From Macrostomum lignano (taxonomy: Eukaryota), in contig NIVC01002472.1 of NCBI GenBank assembly GCA_002269645.1, positions 62,001-126,000 of the forward strand: a stretch of DNA of 64,000 bases, in the 5' to 3' direction. The notes under the pieces were generated by a model. It did not search any database. It was not told the DNA's origin and worked only from the letters and a program-made list of their open reading frames with translations. Made by a program: the position numbers and the translations under genes. Below, one piece after another: positions 60,728 to 64,000 of this stretch (position 1 is the first letter of the stretch; each line of letters opens with the position of its first letter).

Positions 60728-61262
60728 GGGTGCCTATCAGAAGACAGAGGCGCCCACCAAGAGACAAAGAGACAGGGGCGCCCACCAAGAGACAAAGAGA
60801 CAGGGGCGCCCACCAAGAGACAAAGAGACAGGGGCACCCACCAAGAGACAAGTGTGCCCACCAAGAGACAAGTGTGCCCACCAAGAGACAAGTGTGCCCA
60901 CCGAGAGACAAGTGTGCCCACCAAGAGACAGGGTCGCTCACCAAGAGACAGGGTCGCTCACCAAGAGACAGGGGCAACCACCAAAAGAGACAGGGTCGCT
61001 CACCAAGAGACAGGGTCGCTCACCAAGAGACAGGGGCAACCACCAAAAGAGACAGGGTCGCTCACCAAGAGACAGGGGCAACCACCAAAAGAGACAGGGT
61101 CGCTCACCAAGAGACAGGGGCAACCACCAAAAGAGACAGGGTCGCTCACCAAGAGACAGGGGCGCCCACCAAAAGAGACAGGGTCGCTCACCAAGAGACA
61201 GGGGCGCCCACCAAAAGAGACAGGGTCGCTCACCAAGAGACAGGTTCGTCCACCAAGGCACC
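60728..61262 (+). repeat. Compound minisatellite of CACCAAGAGACA-core units (19-24 bp), becoming a 42-bp dimer in its 3' half
   Basis: Units CACCAAGAGACAAAGAGACAGGGGCGCC, CACCAAGAGACAAGTGTGCC, and alternating CCACCAAAAGAGACAGGGTCGCT / CACCAAGAGACAGGGGCAA. Confidence 0.92.
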
Positions 61263-62415
61263 AAACCTTGGCGTCCGGTTGCGGCCTCCAATAAAAGTTC
61301 TTGCCGCTCCTGCAGTTCAAGTTATAAGCAAACACACGGACTAGGCGGTGTCCGAAAGAATTATGTGTTTCAACAGGTCGGTACACGTACATGTACCAGG
61401 CTTCGATTTGAAAATATCAAATATTTTAAGAGCAAAAATTTTTCGTTCGCAAAATTCGAACCTATACCTTCAGATAGAGTTAAATTAATTCGTTTTTTTC
61501 TGTTAAATAGGCTGATATTTTTTTCTGGGTTCCAATGTTTTTTCGAGCGCAGTGCAACAAAAGTTTTTTTTGCTACTCCAAGTAGCACAACAAACTGGTT
61601 GAATTTTATTTCGCATTAAACCGAACATTAACCCTGGCTTTATTACGAGCTATCTTTCGTAATTTTTTTTGTTTTGCTGGGATCTAATAATTTGGGAAAT
61701 TTTTTAATACAGAATACAGACTTCATCTCTTAAGCTGCTTCTGGATATCGCCAATAATCTTTTCTGCAATTAAAGAGTCGTAAAACCAGCAGAATTACAA
61801 CTCTGTTTAAAACTGACTGCATTGGTTATCTTGTAGCCGTACTTGCAGACACTGTCTAGTCTTTTCCTATCATTCAGATATCCCCAAACAGCAGGTTTGC
61901 AATGAAATTTTTCTCGGCAGTGTAAATATTTGCGCATTGGGATATTTTACGAGCCGAGCAAAATCAAATGTTTCTATAGCTAACCCAGCTCAGGCTGATC
62001 TGATGGTGTTTAAACTAATCACGTTAATGCGCAGACGCTGATCCTGAAGCTGGTGCGCAGAAAATAATGATAAAAGTGCGTTAAACCGAAGAATACTGAA
62101 ATGCGTAAAGTTATTTTAACCTTGGCCTTCTAATCTCTGAATCTCGTCAATCCCCTGAGGAGATTTCACGACTTCAATCGGCATGACGAGTCGAAAATGG
62201 AACCGGAAGAGCTTCAAATTGGCGGTGAGTTGCCGCAATCTGGTTGACGGCAGTCAAAATGATTAAAAAATGACTTTCCACCTGGAAACGAACCGCTAAT
62301 AATTAGACTCTCCCTCCAGCCTCTAACCAGGAGCTTCCTCTCCTCTCGCCTCTCTCGCTCTTTCTTCCATTGGCTGTGATGCGGAGCGGGGGCTGGGATC
62401 TGGGGGCCGGGCAGC

Positions 62416-62452
62416 TTATAAACTGGGGTGCCAGCTTCTCCAACTGACTCAT
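62416..62452 (+). promoter_or_regulatory. Core promoter of the terminal GPCR
   Basis: TATAAA at about 62417, ATTGG (reverse CCAAT) at about 62368, GC-rich boxes, and TGACTCA at about 62445; the ATG is at 62511. Confidence 0.5.
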
Positions 62453-62510
62453 CTAAAATTTCTTAAACAGTGCGGCTGTCACACAACTCAGTAGTTGGCT
62501 CAGTTGCACG

Positions 62511-63875
62511 ATGTCATCTTCTGCTGTCACCTGCCACGAGGTGAACTCCACCGAGTATTGGGACCTCCTGCAGCTGCCCGCTGTCCGCGCCGGGCTCGCA
62601 GCTGTCTGGATCAGCGTCGGGCTGCTGATGTTCTTCGGCAACTTGCTGGTTGTCTGCACCATCTGTCTGCACAGAGCAATGCGAACCGTCACCAACTGCT
62701 ACGTGTTGAACCTGGCAGCGGCTGACCTCATGGCCGCCGCCTTGGTGGTGCCGCTGAAGGGCCTTCAGCTACTGGGACCCTGTTGGCTTGCGGCCAAGCT
62801 TTTCAATCGGCTGGGCTGCGCGTTCGTCACCTTCTGCATGATGGTGCTGGTTTTTGCCAGCCTGTTCACGCTGGTTGTCATCTGCATTGAGAGGTGAGTT
62901 GTTAGACAACTGAGAGCGGGTTCTATACTGATTGCATTGCCTACTATCTTGGACTTGCTTCCTTAGCTTAGAATGCTGGTTAACTGAAGGGGGCTTGGGG
63001 GCATGCATATCCGACTCTTGGACGATTTGACCTACATGTACTAGCTAGATGCAAAAATTAAGACAAATGTTAGAGCGTACGCATTGAAGGCTGCGTACGG
63101 CTGTTCAGTCCAAGGCTGGGGGTCGCCACACACACCAGCAATTACCCCAGCTAATGCTGGCACCCATTTTACAGCTGGTGAACTGAAGCAATGCAGAGTT
63201 AAGTGTCTTGCTCAAGGACACAATTTATTCCGAATGGGTCGAGAAAATTGTTCCGACGCTCTAACCAGTGGCTACAACACCGTGAGAGCATTTGGCGAAA
63301 GGCATATTAACCCGAAATCTGTTTTGCTAACTTGAAGTTTTGTCGTCAGACCGTTAAGATTCGTTTAATGGTTTGGAGCTCATTTGCTCAAAAGCAACTC
63401 TCTTACTCCTAAACCAGGTTCCTAGCCATCGTGCACCCGCTGCGCAGTCTGCTATTCCAATCAAGCCGTCGCACCTGCCTATTCATTCTGCTCACCTGGT
63501 GCGTCCCAGCCGCCTTCTGCCTGGTGCAGGCGATGCACCCGGCCGCCCAGGCCTTCCACAGCGTTAGCGGCTACGGCGACATGCGCAGCCAGCACTGCAT
63601 GGACAGCTTCAGCCGAGCGGCCGGTACGCTTACGTCATGTCCGCCTTCTGCCTGCTGTTCCTGCTGCCACTCTGCGTGGTGGTGTTCACCTCGGCCTCCA
63701 TTGTGCGGGTTTTGCAGCGGCCGGTGCCGGGGCAGAATGAGAGCAGCGTGCGGGCTGTCAGCTCCAGGAGGCATGGCCGCGGCAGGGGCAGCTCGGTCAG
63801 GGAGAAGACCTCCAGGGAGGAGAGCAAGAGGAAGGTGAATGAAAAGGGAGGTCCTGATCCCTTGGCCAAAAAAGT
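62511..63875 (+). CDS. Class A GPCR of neuropeptide-receptor type, TM1-TM5/ICL3; incomplete at the window end and with an apparent 1-nt frameshift
   Basis: Exon 62511-62893 and an exon from 63418. Motifs GNLLVV..MRTVTNCYVLNLAAADL and ER|FLAIVHPL. The frame changes near 63610-63625, between CMDSFS and RYAYVMSAFCLLFLLPL. The 3' exon boundary is uncertain. Confidence 0.85.
63084..63280 (-). mobile_element. SINE family A copy in intron 1 of the terminal GPCR
   Basis: Matches the reverse complement of 1-100 and the central block of 48230-48310. Confidence 0.8.
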
Positions 63876-64000
63876 TGGGGTTCACTGTAACAAGAAATTC
63901 TTGTGGTTTTCATAAAGTTTAAATTTTGTTCGCCTGGATACTCGTACATACCAGCAGGTGAGTATTTTCGTTCTCAGGGATCGGAGGAACCAACCAGTCT

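Overview
Eukaryotic (invertebrate metazoan) genomic DNA with AT-rich introns, GC-rich exons and many transposons. There is no prokaryotic operon, CRISPR or rRNA signal. Recognisable genes are: the 5' part of a small-exon acidic protein gene running off the left edge, a divergent intronless TKL-like kinase, three tandem melatonin-receptor-like GPCR paralogues, TACO1/YebC, an orphan two-TM ORF, and the start of a peptide-type GPCR at the right edge. Mobile DNA includes two Tc1 elements (one split by a 6.3-kb tandem pair of Helentron/HINE-like satellite-carrying elements plus a MITE), a LOA/R1-type LINE with a nested RTE-like fragment, a Penelope remnant, two tRNA-derived SINE families and several MITEs, two of them only 51 and 71 bp. 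The most interesting signal is absent from the ORF track: two paralogous three-exon micro-genes on the minus strand (52036-52648 and 57286-57723). Each encodes signal peptide + highly acidic propeptide + Arg/Lys-Arg cleavage site + a cationic C-x14-C peptide (CKWKFDRKIGYFRNFC and CRWVYRRKHKRHTLACP). This is the architecture of disulfide-closed beta-hairpin host-defence or toxin peptides, and AP-1 motifs lie upstream of both. All gene models were spliced and translated by hand; no database search was run.
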